A program made the position numbers and the translations under genes. The notes beneath the pieces were generated by a model. It worked only from the letters and a program-made list of their open reading frames with translations. It had not been told where the DNA came from and ran no database searches. DNA of 62,370 nt, the filler included, from Sphacelaria rigidula (lineage: Eukaryota), in assembly GCA_964200075.2 (NCBI GenBank). It is 11 parts of 11 records of this genome, joined end to end, with 100 filler letters (N's around TTAATTAATTAA, not from the genome) between each part and the next. Parts side by side here need not be neighbours in the genome. Positions count along the whole stretch, not along the records: positions 11,360 to 16,938 come from CAXNAA020026143.1; positions 17,039 to 22,617 come from CAXNAA020026144.1; positions 22,718 to 28,296 come from CAXNAA020026145.1; 8 more parts are not named here. One strand, given 5' to 3'. Position 1 is the stretch's first letter. Each line of letters starts with the position of its first letter. Shown here piece by piece: positions 12,068 through 22,820 of the stretch.

Positions 12068-14306
12068 GCAACCCCAAAGCTCTCTACTATCAACAAGTAG
12101 TCACATCAGAGCTTGACAAACTCAGACATCATTGGTTCCTGATAGTACCATTTTTTTCCGCAAAGAATATCAATCTCTTCCGCTGCTTTCGACTGCAGCT
12201 TTATACAAGCTTGCGCCACTTCCGAACAATTCGCAAGAGATTCAAGAAAATATCGCCCATCATGAACATGCAATCACGCTACTTGCACCACTTCGAGTTA
12301 AAAAGCGATAGCTAGCGCCAAATTCTCAAGTCTTCGCCCAGAACAAGTTTCTTGACTCTTCATCGGCACGAAACCGGAAATGTCAGCAAATGTCAAACTC
12401 CGGAAGATTCGTGACTCATCGTCCCTCTCATCCGAGACAAGGTACTTCTCAACATACAAAATGCACTTTTTGTACGTTCAACACCTGCGCGACGGAGTGC
12501 AACAGCCAAATGATACATCATCCTCACGCCAGAAGGAAATATGCACCCAACACGTCTGGAACGCACCTGGCCTCTTGCTTCTGAAACACCGTAAAAAACG
12601 TATGCATCGCATGCCTCCCCGCCGTCAAAGTTGCAATGCTTCAACTTGCCATCATTTCAGAAAAATAAGGGAAAGCCATGACTCAAACTGCTATTCAAGT
12701 CATGCCTACTAATCCAACGACGGCGAGCGGACGTCGACCTCCGCCATAATTGATCACCCCTCGTGAGCTCGTTCTCGAACTCTTGTTTTCGAGCAAATCC
12801 CAGACATTTCTATATCTCGTTTGGATCTTGGACCATCATATCTCATCCGTACATCAGCCAAAATGTAGAGATAATGATTTCCTCGACACTCTTGCAGTCC
12901 AACTACACCAGTTCTTTGAACAAAAGAACGCATCATCCACATGCTCCTTCTGACATGAACGAAAAACCAACCACGTGCTCGTTCAACCACGTGACGATCC
13001 ATACAAAAACGTGCCACGGTCAAAGATCATTGATGTATGAGCGCATAATGTCTTTATCTTCAACCACCGGAAGCACTCGCGTCATACCTGCTCACATACG
13101 ACGAGCCTACGCCTTGCGTACCTTTCAGCTCATTTTCACGCTAACAGCAGGGGTCACCGACTCCTACAGTCAGTACGAGCCTACGCATTTCGTAGTTTTT
13201 GCTCATTTTCACGCTAACAGCAGCAATCCATATATCCTGTATTCAGTACGTGGAAACCGCACAAATATGATCAGACTGTGTTCTGCGCGAACAAGATTAT
13301 ACGAGCTTCACTTCATTTAGCATACAGCAGAATGTTGAAAACTGCCCCACCCTAGGTCGTCACCAGACAACATTCATATCAGTACCATTCGAGCAAAACT
13401 CCGCACATGCATGCCAATATTTCACTCAGCACATGCAATGTCACCTTCCTCGCAGCAAACACCATGCATCGTCCGTGTCAACCACATCAGCACAACACAC
13501 ACATGTCAAATATCCACGTGTACGTCAGAGTTTTACCCTGCACACGCGATACGATCGTACTCGTTCAACAACCATGTTTCATGCGCAAACATGACCACAT
13601 ACAACACAATAACAAGCTGCAACCATTCTCAAAACGATTCGCGAATACCAGTCATAATGTGTTTCCTCATTCTCAACAAACACTCAATCACCTCAGCACT
13701 TGCTCCTCAACATCATCACCCAACTCGACGCTCACCACAACAACAAACACCTCAGGTAATACCTTCTTTGTAGTCCCCCAACCCGCTCCTGAGAAACAGC
13801 AGCACTCGAACCACAACCCCGTGCACAGCGTAGAGCAGCCTTTCCTCTCGGACACTACCTCCTTGCACCTTCAGTCTAGCTACACCTGGCACCCCCATGG
13901 GGTAGCTCAACACGCCTCTAAAAGGTATATTCGCACCGCCAAACAAATGCGACAAATCCTCCGCCCCCACAGATGCTTACGCATTCACGAACGCTCGTTC
14001 TTCAGCCGCTTTGACAGAGGAAATAAGAGGCGAAACGGGAACATCCATACAGTCCCGCACAGCAACACCTCCCTATGGCATCACGCCACCCTCCTCCAGC
14101 ACCTGACCGTACAGCGGCAAAGACACTGGAATCAACGCCGCCAAATACGCCAAACCTGTCCATGCATGCAGCAGTGCACACGACCACCCCAACACACGCG
14201 ACGCTCATCGTCGCCGTCAGAGTAGTGATCGCTAACAGCATCACAAGCTTGCAGCTCGCGCTGCGTACCCGCTTCGCGAGGGCCACACGCCTCTGTTGTT
14301 TCGATC

Positions 14307-14767
14307 ATGCAAGGCGTGTCCACAGCTACGCGCTGCTCCGGGGGCGATTCCGCCAACCCGGCATCCACCTGTCCTTCAAGCAGACACCCCTGCGAATCAT
14401 CTGAACGATCTCCCGCCGTGTCACTCGCGGAGATAGATTCACCATGAGCACGGCAAGCCCCAAGCTCACCCAGCTCGCTCGCCATACGCAAAAAACATCC
14501 CCCTGCAGCTTCGAGCATGCAAGGCGTATCCACAGCTACGCGCTGCTCCGGCGGCAATTCCGCCAACCCGGCGTCCACCCGTCCTTCAAGCAGACATCCT
14601 TGCGAATCATCTGAACGATCTCCCGCCATGTCAATGGCGCAGATAGATTCACCATGAGCACGGCAAGCTCCTAGCTCACCCTGTTCGCTCGCAATACGCG
14701 AAAAACACCCCCCTGCAGCTGCGAGCATGCAAGGAATATCTCCAGCTACACGCTGGTCCGACGGCAA
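14307..14767 (-). repeat. 210-bp in-frame tandem repeat (about 2.2 copies, 70-aa unit)
   Basis: ATGCAAGG unit starts at 14307, 14517 and 14727. ORF 14132-14881 repeats GELGACRAHGESI..AGDRSDDSQGCLLEG.VDAGLAE.PPEQRVAVDTPCM. Confidence 0.92.
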
Positions 14768-15058
14768 CAAGCAACTGGGACCTCCGCCCACCAGTACTTG
14801 CTCATTGGTCCATGTAGGCCCCGCCCTCTCAACATCGCCAAGAGCAGCCGCAGTATCACCCATACTCGCTATAGCCGTCACCTTTTGCTCAGCGCACTCC
14901 TGAACAGCAACAGCGGCAGCTGAGCGGCCTGCAGTCTACTCGAGCGGCGTGGCATATTCGCCCTCTCCAGCAGAAATACCAGCAGCATCCAAACCAATGC
15001 TTACCGTGGTACTTTCGGCGGGCGCGTTTTCATGCCTCTCCGCTTAGATCGACACGTG

Positions 15059-15637
15059 CTATGTCTCCTTCCCGCTCTGCACAGTGGAAACAGCTGCGCT
15101 GCATCGTGGTTTAAAACGCGCAGCACCTACTGCACGTTCGGCGGGTGCATTGTCATGCCTGTTCCCTGGGGCAGACACATGCTTCTCGGCTTTCACAGTG
15201 CAATGCGCCGCACCGGACGGCGCATGCTTGCGCAACGCGAGAAGCAACTGTTCGTCCTCAACATCATAATTATGTTTCAAGAACGTGTCACACAGACATT
15301 TCGCAATATGTTTCGGCATGAGCTCAGAAACTGCTGCCACCTCAAAGAGGTTTGTCCATCGCGCGTTCACCTGATCTACATCTCGCAAATATTGCTCGTA
15401 TTTGCGTAAACACTCGGCTGATTCGTCGCTCGAAAACTTGCGGCCGCAGTACGGAATCTCCAGCGCCAGTACAGGAACAACACGACCATCGACGATGACA
15501 TATTCCTGCGCCTCATCCATTTCAGTCAGTAGTACAGCACTCCACACGGCCTTTTTTGAAAAACGAAGCCGCCTCCCACTCACAGGAACAACAAATAATC
15601 TTTCCTTACCAATACGCGCTTGGCCACCAAACGACAA
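15059..15637 (-). pseudogene. Gypsy gag N-terminal region
   Basis: IPYCGRKF..YEQY..V..VN..ELMPKHIAKCLCDTF aligns by eye with LPEYGRVF..YRDY..V..SN..ELVPKHIQNCVSDTY at 27525-27797. Confidence 0.8.
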
Positions 15638-16010
15638 TGGCCACAGCGCCTCTTCCTCACGCAGGTCTCACCACGTGTTTGAAGTCCTTAGACTTCTCTT
15701 CCTGGCCATACATGGCCAAGCGTGGAACAAGCAACTCTCGCTGGCTTCACCAGGCAGTAATCGCCCCACTTTTTTGGAACGCTCACGGACTCGCCAGCTA
15801 TCGATGAACGCCCCGCACCTCACGCACGAGCGATACCACAGTCCGCCCTAGCACTGCCTCAGAACCTCCTCGGCTCTACTTCTCCAACTCCTCGCGTCGG
15901 TAACACGCCTTGAGCTGGTCTTGTTTGCTGCAAACTGATCAAGCCTGCAGACTTCCCTATCTTGAAGTATCAGCTGCTTTTAGCGGACCTACTACTCGTC
16001 AGCGGACTCA

Positions 16011-16022
16011 ATGAACGTTCAT
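16011..16022. promoter_or_regulatory. Palindrome at the PBS position (ATGAACGTTCAT)
   Basis: Directly abuts the 5' LTR end. With LTR bases it forms the 16-bp palindrome CAATGAACGTTCATTG (16009-16024). No TGG-type tRNA PBS. Confidence 0.75.
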
Positions 16023-16279
16023 TGTAGACTTCTGTCACTCAAGATCAGATTGCCATGTGGACTCCTCCCATCACGGGCACATGGACTTTAGCAGCTTTAG
16101 TTGTTCATGTATTAACCTTCAGCATAGTACAGGAGAACATGACCATAGCCTCTCCCCACCAGAGTAGCAAAACCGGCTCCACTCGTCATGGAGGTCACCA
16201 TCACAGAGTTCGGCAATCAGACCCGCAACTCCACCTACGATGTCCCTGACCTTAGGTAATAGTAGTGGCTAGGTCTACA
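16023..16279 (-). repeat. 5' LTR
   Basis: Direct repeat of 11811-12067; lies upstream of gag. Confidence 0.93.
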
Positions 16280-16859
16280 GACCCAGACGCGACACGGGTC
16301 GAGAGGGGTTGGAGGACGAGGTAGCCCCCGATGATGACCATGACGACTATGATACTGGAAGTGATGGCGATGGTGATGATGGTGGTGATTGCAATAATAG
16401 CAATGGTAATGACGCTGGAGTCTCGAGTTGCAGTGGCGCAGTTGGAGAGTGAAAGCAATAGGTTCACATACAGGTCGGGATGCGAGCGCGAACGTACAGT
16501 TCAGGGCGGGGTCGAGATGCCGTCATGTAGCATTATGGGGTGTTGCGATGATGTGTATGGCGGGACCATACGAAGCGATATTGGGGTGGATGCCAACGAT
16601 TTCTCTTTCGACTGAGACATTCCCGCAACATATATGCTCGAAGCGGATTGGAAAGCTCGATGGGTATTTGCAGTACGGTTGAGTCGTGCGATAAATTGTT
16701 CACGTTGTGTATCGGCCGTCAGTTCTTCAGGACAGTGGACGCCCAATCATCCGCTCAGCACATCACTGCGTTGGCAGTGATATCCCCCCACCACGTCACT
16801 GACGAGCAACCTGACGCCCAAGATTTTTGTCTGGACACGAGCCTCGAGATAAACAATAA

Positions 16860-16938
16860 ACAGTCTATTAAACTTTTTGGGGTTGATATCTAAAATGGGG
16901 TTGAAGTGGCATTTCTCTCTTGCACGGAAGACCCGAAA
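16860..16938. mobile_element. Terminal part of PIF/Harbinger-like MITE, cut by contig end
   Basis: TAA|ACAGT...ATGGGGTTGAAGTGGCATTTCTC; related to the TIRs at 17039-17111 and 35851-36260. Confidence 0.55.
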
Positions 16939-17038
16939 NNNNNNNNNNNNNNNNNNNNNNNNNNNNNNNNNNNNNNNNNNNNTTAATTAATTAANNNNNN
17001 NNNNNNNNNNNNNNNNNNNNNNNNNNNNNNNNNNNNNN

Positions 17039-17111
17039 GTCTTCTCTGCAAAAGAGAAATGCCACTTCAACCCCATATTGTGTATTACGCCCATTTTCTA
17101 GGATCCACTGT
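17039..17111. mobile_element. Terminal part of the same MITE family
   Basis: GAGAAATGCCACTTCAACCCCAT...CCCATTTTCTAGGATCCACTGT|TAA. Confidence 0.6.
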
Positions 17112-17114
17112 TAA

Positions 17115-18645
17115 CAGTCGATCGATAGCCGATGGCAATTACAATAGATACACTTCGTTCGCCATCGATGGAAATCGTGTACCGCAATAGATGGGATGTA
17201 GATATCGATGGCCATTGCCGTGATCAACAGATTTGGTGAGCCATCCATCGATGGTCATTGCCTTCATCAATAGACTTGGTGAGCCATCCATCGATAGTCA
17301 TTACCGTCATCAATAGATTAGGTAAGCCATCCATCAATACCTACTACCGTCATCCAGCAATAGATTTGGTGAGCCGTATATCGGTAGCCTCTGCCGCCAA
17401 CAACACATTTTTGGATATCTATCAATATGGTCATTGCCGTCAACAATCGATAGCCAGTGACGCTAACGATAGGTTTGAAATAAATATTGCTCACTGCAGT
17501 GGTCCGATGACATCAACGGCAATGCCTCTCACACATGAACACGCAACTACCTGAGGCGATAGCTGGCCACAGCTTCTGTGGAATAAAGTGGAAACATACA
17601 TAGAAATATGTGCATACATAGCGCTAGTGACCGACACTATTCAGCTACTTTAGTGATCACCAATAATAGATATCGGTGGGCGCGATTCAGATTGCATTGT
17701 GACCAGCGATATACATCGGTGGCCGGGAATTCAGATGTTATTGTGACCCTCGATAGACATTGGTGGGCGCAACTTAGATCCTGTTGTGACCAACAATATA
17801 TATCGGTGGTCGCGTGGCAGATTCTATTGTGATCAGCAATATATATATTAGTGATCGCAATTCAGAGCCTACTGCAACAAATAAAATATATCGATAGACA
17901 ACTTGGTCCCTCCATTGTCACGGCAATGATACACCTGTCTCTTGTCCCGAATCCATTGTCGCCTACAATAACTATCGTTGATAGACATTATTATTGATGC
18001 CAGTCGATTATGACTGATGATGAACATTGACAGTCAATTTTTCGGGGCTATTGTAGCACCAGTGTCCTGATATAGTCTATTGTCCAGGGTATAAGCAAAT
18101 CTCACCCACACACAAAAGTACCGTGAGTGCTCATGTCCATCAGAGGGACAATCATAAGTTCTAACACCACACTTACAACAAAATATGTAATTTTTTGTCC
18201 ACACATATTAGGGATTCCTACAGAATACGAGCCTTCCAAAATTGTAGAAACGTGACGTCATATATTCACAAGCAGTACCATCATATACCCACTGCATGTA
18301 TACCTGCGGCTTGTCTACCGTACTTTAAACGGAGTATGATATGCTCTATGCGTGGTATGTTGTAATGTAGGTGCGGCAAGACGACATAGAATATCCATCG
18401 GTAGACATTGTATACCACAGTAGATTCTGGTATGTATATATAAATCGATTTTCATTGCCGCCATGCATGGATTTTGTACCCAATATATCGATAGCGATTG
18501 CGGCCATCAATATATTTGGTATACAATCTGGCAATAGCCATCGTCATCAATAGATTTGGCACGCGGTATATCGATAGCCATTGCTATCATCAGTAGATTT
18601 GGAGAACTATCGATCGATACATTTGGTCGGCCGCAAAAGATTTCG
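17115..18645. repeat. Three degenerate ~43-bp tandem arrays with an ATCGAT/ATCGGT core
   Basis: Units such as ATTTGGTGAGCCATCCATCGATGGTCATTGCCTTCATCAATAG at about 17115-17472 and 18390-18645. Units TGTGACCAGCGATATACATCGGTGG...AGAT at about 17650-17915 look like the inverse. Confidence 0.7.
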
Positions 18646-19212
18646 GTGTAGGGTCACAACAAACTGCTGCCTGTAATCGAACATACTCACACTCAAGTAT
18701 GATATACATGGTTGATTGGATTTGCCTGGAGTATGTTTGTACCTCGGTTGAGGATCGGGTATGTACCTCGGTAGAGGATCGTGTATATACGGTCAATAAG
18801 TGCAGGTACTGTTTGCGACGGTTCAATTGGGCGGAAAATGATAATATCTCTCATGTGACACATGATAGTTTCTGGTGTAGGCTGTTGGAAAATGAGGCTG
18901 CGGAGCCATGCTCTTCAACGCTTCGTATGGTATAGACTATATGTATGTAGTGTTGGGATCGCAGGTGCCGGTCACGAAGGTTTGGTCTGATGTGAGGATA
19001 TGATGTGGGATAGCAGTTGTGATGCATGAACCACTCTCCTCGGTTGACCGTTCAACACGGTGGGTTGTTTGGACTGTCTTGCCCGCAAGAGGCACCTTGA
19101 ACATCATCTTCTGTCTACACTCCAAAGCAGCTTGTCTGCTTGCTTGGCTTAAGTGCCATTGCGCCAACTCTAGCGATCACGTCAAAGGGTTCATCGCGAC
19201 ACTTTTCTAACA

Positions 19213-19226
19213 GGTTTTATGAGCCT
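19213..19226 (+). promoter_or_regulatory. Copia-type PBS for an internal (half) tRNA-iMet primer
   Basis: GGTTTTATGAGCCT immediately follows the LTR CA. It resembles GGTTATG(A/G)GCCC, the complement of the tRNA-iMet anticodon arm, with two extra T. Confidence 0.7.
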
Positions 19227-19921
19227 CGTCGCTGGCGTTTACGGAGTGAACTTTGGAAGAAGGAAGACAGCAGCAAAAAGGAAGGATCTTTGCTGGAAAA
19301 CAACGTGAGTTGAGTCAACGTAAAGACGTCACTACATCTGTGTGGGTCTGGCACTGGCACTGCAACAGTGTGTCACGAAGTAAGGACGGCACGTTCCTGT
19401 GCGCACCTGGTAATATACGTAATTTTGAAAAAGCGGGACAATCGTAGAGTACGGTACGGTCGTAAGCCTGCAACAGTGACGGCACGCATCTGTTCCCGTC
19501 TGGCGCTACAGCAGGAGACCACAACCGGAACCGAGTAGTGTGTGTGATCTATGTTTGAAAGGTGAATCGACAACAGCGCGCCTGACATCACGGCTGACCT
19601 GGGGAAACAGTCAGTGGTCGGATCCTTTTTGGGAGAAATTGTAAGCTTGTACTTTTGAAGTGCACAGCCGCTGTGCTCAACACAACATCCTGTGTCAGTA
19701 TCCTGTCGAGAAGAGTCCCGACGCCGCAGTTAAGCGCCGTCCGCGGAGGACGCTGTAGCGGTGGGGGACCGTTCCCATCGCTCTTGATCTGCATTGATAC
19801 TTTTTGCGCTACCGACAACTCAAGCGGCGGTGAGCAAGCCGATTGTGTGGTGGGGAACCTATACTTGAACACCCTTAATTTTTACTCGTGACGTTGGAGC
19901 ACAGCAACGAACAGGATTCAC

Positions 19922-20746
19922 ATGGCGGACAATGAGGGTATTCGAGGGGTACTGAAACTCTGTCCAAAGTTTGATGGCGGAGACAAAGCGAGTTTCCGGG
20001 AATTCAAAGATAAACTCCGGGTGATCCTGTCCCTTCACCACAGTGCGGCCGCAGGAATCCTTCAGGGGCGGCAAAGACCCAGGCCCACCGTAATCGATGA
20101 TGACCAACCACCCTGTGATACGACAACTTCAGTGGCGTGGGACCGTGCAAACAATGATCTGTTTAGTATTCTGTTTTTTAGCACGGAAAAATCAGCAAAC
20201 AATACCGTCAGACGTCACATGGGGAAAACCCCACAGGATGGGATTGGGAACGGACAAGCAGCGTGGGCAGCGCTGAACAACAAATTTGACGGCAGCAGCA
20301 AAGAGGCACGAAGAGAGTTCCACGACAAACTCCACAACACAACGATGCAATCCGGAGATGATCCGGAAGACTTTCTGTTTATCATGGACGGCTACCTTGA
20401 TCGCCTAGATGAAATGGGACAAGGTATACCTGACGAGCGGTACGAGGACATTATCCTCCGAGCCCGACCTGCCGAGTACGAAAGGGTTCGTGTTGCTAGC
20501 TGCGAGAGGCGTGATTTTAATTTGACGGATCTCCGACACATGATCAGCACCATGTATACCGACTATCTCTCTCGCCCAGATGCCATCAACTTGGTCGCAG
20601 GTCGCGGGGTCGCCATGGAGGCCAGTGGAAGTCGTGATAGCAGGAGAAATCGTACCGTGTGTTTCCGCTGCGGAAAGCGAGGCCACGTCAAAAGAAATTG
20701 CCGGCAGCGGTTTACCGACCTTTCCCTGGGGCGAATCAATGCTTAG
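19922..20746 (+). CDS. gag: Copia Gag (UBN2/gag_2-type) with CCHC zinc knuckle
   Basis: Intact 274-aa ORF: GQAAWAALNNKF, MQSGDDPEDF, CFRCGKRGHVKRNC. Confidence 0.88.
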   Translation: MADNEGIRGVLKLCPKFDGGDKASFREFKDKLRVILSLHHSAAAGILQGRQRPRPTVIDDDQPPCDTTTSVAWDRANNDLFSILFFSTEKSANNTVRRHMGKTPQDGIGNGQAAWAALNNKFDGSSKEARREFHDKLHNTTMQSGDDPEDFLFIMDGYLDRLDEMGQGIPDERYEDIILRARPAEYERVRVASCERRDFNLTDLRHMISTMYTDYLSRPDAINLVAGRGVAMEASGSRDSRRNRTVCFRCGKRGHVKRNCRQRFTDLSLGRINA

Positions 20747-21306
20747 GACATCCTACCTCGCAAACAGGGCACCGCACTCCGGGCTAAGAATGCAGTGTCC
20801 GCAAAAGATGCTGCAGGGGAGAAAACCAGATCGAAGACATCCTCGAGTCATTGAGGCCAAGGCGTTCGTCCACACCAATGGGGGTACTCAGAAACTATCT
20901 CCCGAGCCAGTCGGAGGACGATTGGCTAGCGGGGGCGCTAAAAATTCACAAGGGGGCGAGCTTCTGGGGAGAATCGGCGTCATCACCAGGCGAGATATGC
21001 ACGACGGTACCCCGACTCGTGGAGGGACGCTTCCGCACGATGGTCCCCCGCAGGGTGGTACACTGCCGGAGCAACTCGTGACACACCCACGGGACGGATT
21101 TGACGAACACGCGGTGACACGGCTCGCAGAACCATCGCTAACCCATTATCATCGACACTCACTTCATGGTGAAGTGTGTACGCATGGCAACCCGCAACTA
21201 CAGGAAACAACAACAACAACAACAACGACGACGACGACAACGACAACAATAACACCATCAACATCACCATCATTATCATCATTAACAACAACTACTGCTA
21301 CTACTA

Positions 21307-21344
<38 letters not shown>

Positions 21345-22432
21345 ACCGCGGCTGCTGCTGCTGCTGCTACAAGGTTCGAGTCGGAGTGCTGGGCTGGAAA
21401 CAATTTCCCGGTTTCGGTTGCGTCAGTTATTCCGATCTGCAGGATTCAGCGTATCCGCATGATGTCGGCAATAGTTTGGGGGTACAACCTGGAGCGGTGG
21501 CAGACTGACAACAAGGTGCTGGAAAGAATCAAACATAAACTAATGGGACGTTTTTTTATGACGGGCATGGGAGATGTACCCTTAGTGCTGGGAATGGAGG
21601 CTGTTCGTGACCGTAATAGCAAGATAGTCAACACCAGCCACACAAATTACAACAAGTCCCTCCAGGAACGATACGAGATAGCGAACAACCCGGCGTGCCC
21701 TTCTGGGACGGGACAAGCACTTTCACTGGACCAGCCGAGAGACAAAACACTCAACGAGGACAAACAGTGCTTCCAGCCCATCACAGGCAGTGTGATGTAT
21801 CTCGCTCGAGTGGCCCGCTACGACGTTGGATCCGGCGTGAATCAACTGGCACGGGCGATGTCCAAACCGTCGAAGGCGCATGTGGCAGCTGCAAAACACC
21901 TACTTCGATATTTGGCCGGCATTACGGACCATGACATCACCTACAACCAGGGTAGTTTCCGATTGACGGCTTTTTCAGAGGCGAACTGGGGCAACAACCC
22001 CGACAACGGGAAATCAACATCATCATATTTTCTCTTTCGCTCGAATGGCTACGTCAGTTTCAAGGTAGGACTACAAGGATTAACGGCGCAATCGACGATG
22101 GAAGCAGAACTCGTGGCCACTGCACTCACCACAAAGGAAGACATGTTTTGCTCGAATATGATGCGGGAGATGGGATTTGGCACACGCTTCGACTCCGCTC
22201 CGGTCTACATCGACAACCTTTAACTATCCACGTCGCAGGGAACCGAACTTACAACTCGAGAGTCGAGCACGTAGCTCTATGGTACTTCTTTATTCAGGGA
22301 TTAGTCAAGGAGGGAAGGATCGGCATTCGTTACGTCAAGACCGAAGACCAACTCGCAGACATTGGGACCAAGTACCTCAGCAAACACAGGCACCGCCATC
22401 TCGTCAAGCTGATCAGCACATTCGAAATATGA
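20705..22432 (+). pseudogene. pol: Copia pol remnant: integrase C-terminus, microsatellite insert, RT C-terminus, RNase H
   Basis: GLPTFPWGESM..SYLANRAPH; LMGRFFMTGMGDVPLVLGME; FQPITGSVMYL; FSEANWGNNPDNGKSTS; AQSTMEAEL; YIDN; then after a frameshift HVALWYFFIQ..DQLADIGTK. Protease, IN core and RT YVDD are missing. Confidence 0.9.
21207..21370 (+). repeat. Compound trinucleotide microsatellite (ACA/ACG/TCA/ACT/GCT)n
   Basis: Directly visible; encodes poly-T/S/A in the 547-aa ORF. Confidence 0.95.
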
Positions 22433-22820
22433 GCACAGCCTGGTTGTAGCTTTGAATTCTTATTTCGTCCTTGAGTGCCGGGATGGTTGCACTGATGTGG
22501 GTGTTTGAAACTAGTACGTATTTGCATTAAGGGGGAGTGTGAAGGGTTAAGAGTTATACTTGCGTTGAGGGGGAGTGTTAGAAAATGAGGCTGTGGAGCC
22601 ATGCTCTTCAACGCTTCNNNNNNNNNNNNNNNNNNNNNNNNNNNNNNNNNNNNNNNNNNNNTTAATTAATTAANNNNNNNNNNNNNNNNNNNNNNNNNNN
22701 NNNNNNNNNNNNNNNNNCCTATTCTCAATCGTATCGAAGATTCTCAATCTCACGAAAACATTGTTATATGAGAATCCATGAACTACGCCAACAACCAATC
22801 ACAGCTTGGAACCAAATCAA

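Larger units (their letters stand above)
11811..16279 (-). mobile_element. Non-autonomous Gypsy-derived LTR element (LARD-like) with both LTRs
   Basis: 257-bp LTRs at 11811-12067 and 16023-16279, bounded TGTAGAC...GTCTACA, with 17 differences by hand count. Gag-like ORF plus heavily decayed pol traces. No TSD. Confidence 0.92.
18883..22617 (+). mobile_element. Internally deleted Ty1/Copia LTR retrotransposon
   Basis: 5' LTR 18883-19212 (TGTTGGAAAA...TTTTCTAACA); PBS; gag; partial IN, RT and RNase H; PPT GAGGGGGAG at 22567-22575; 3' LTR from 22576, cut by contig end (40/42 identical). Confidence 0.95.

Noticed and set aside
15975..16010. Hammerhead ribozyme (CTGACGA on the minus strand) next to the palindrome
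   Set aside because: No GAAA core after stem II and no stems I/III. Other CTGANGA sites checked by eye also failed.
16860..17111. One MITE spanning the gap, with matching TIRs and TAA on both sides
   Set aside because: The halves lie on different size-sorted contigs. Most likely two copies of a high-copy family at which assemblies break.
17115..18645. CRISPR-like array
   Set aside because: No invariant repeat with unique spacers, no cas genes, and a eukaryotic context.
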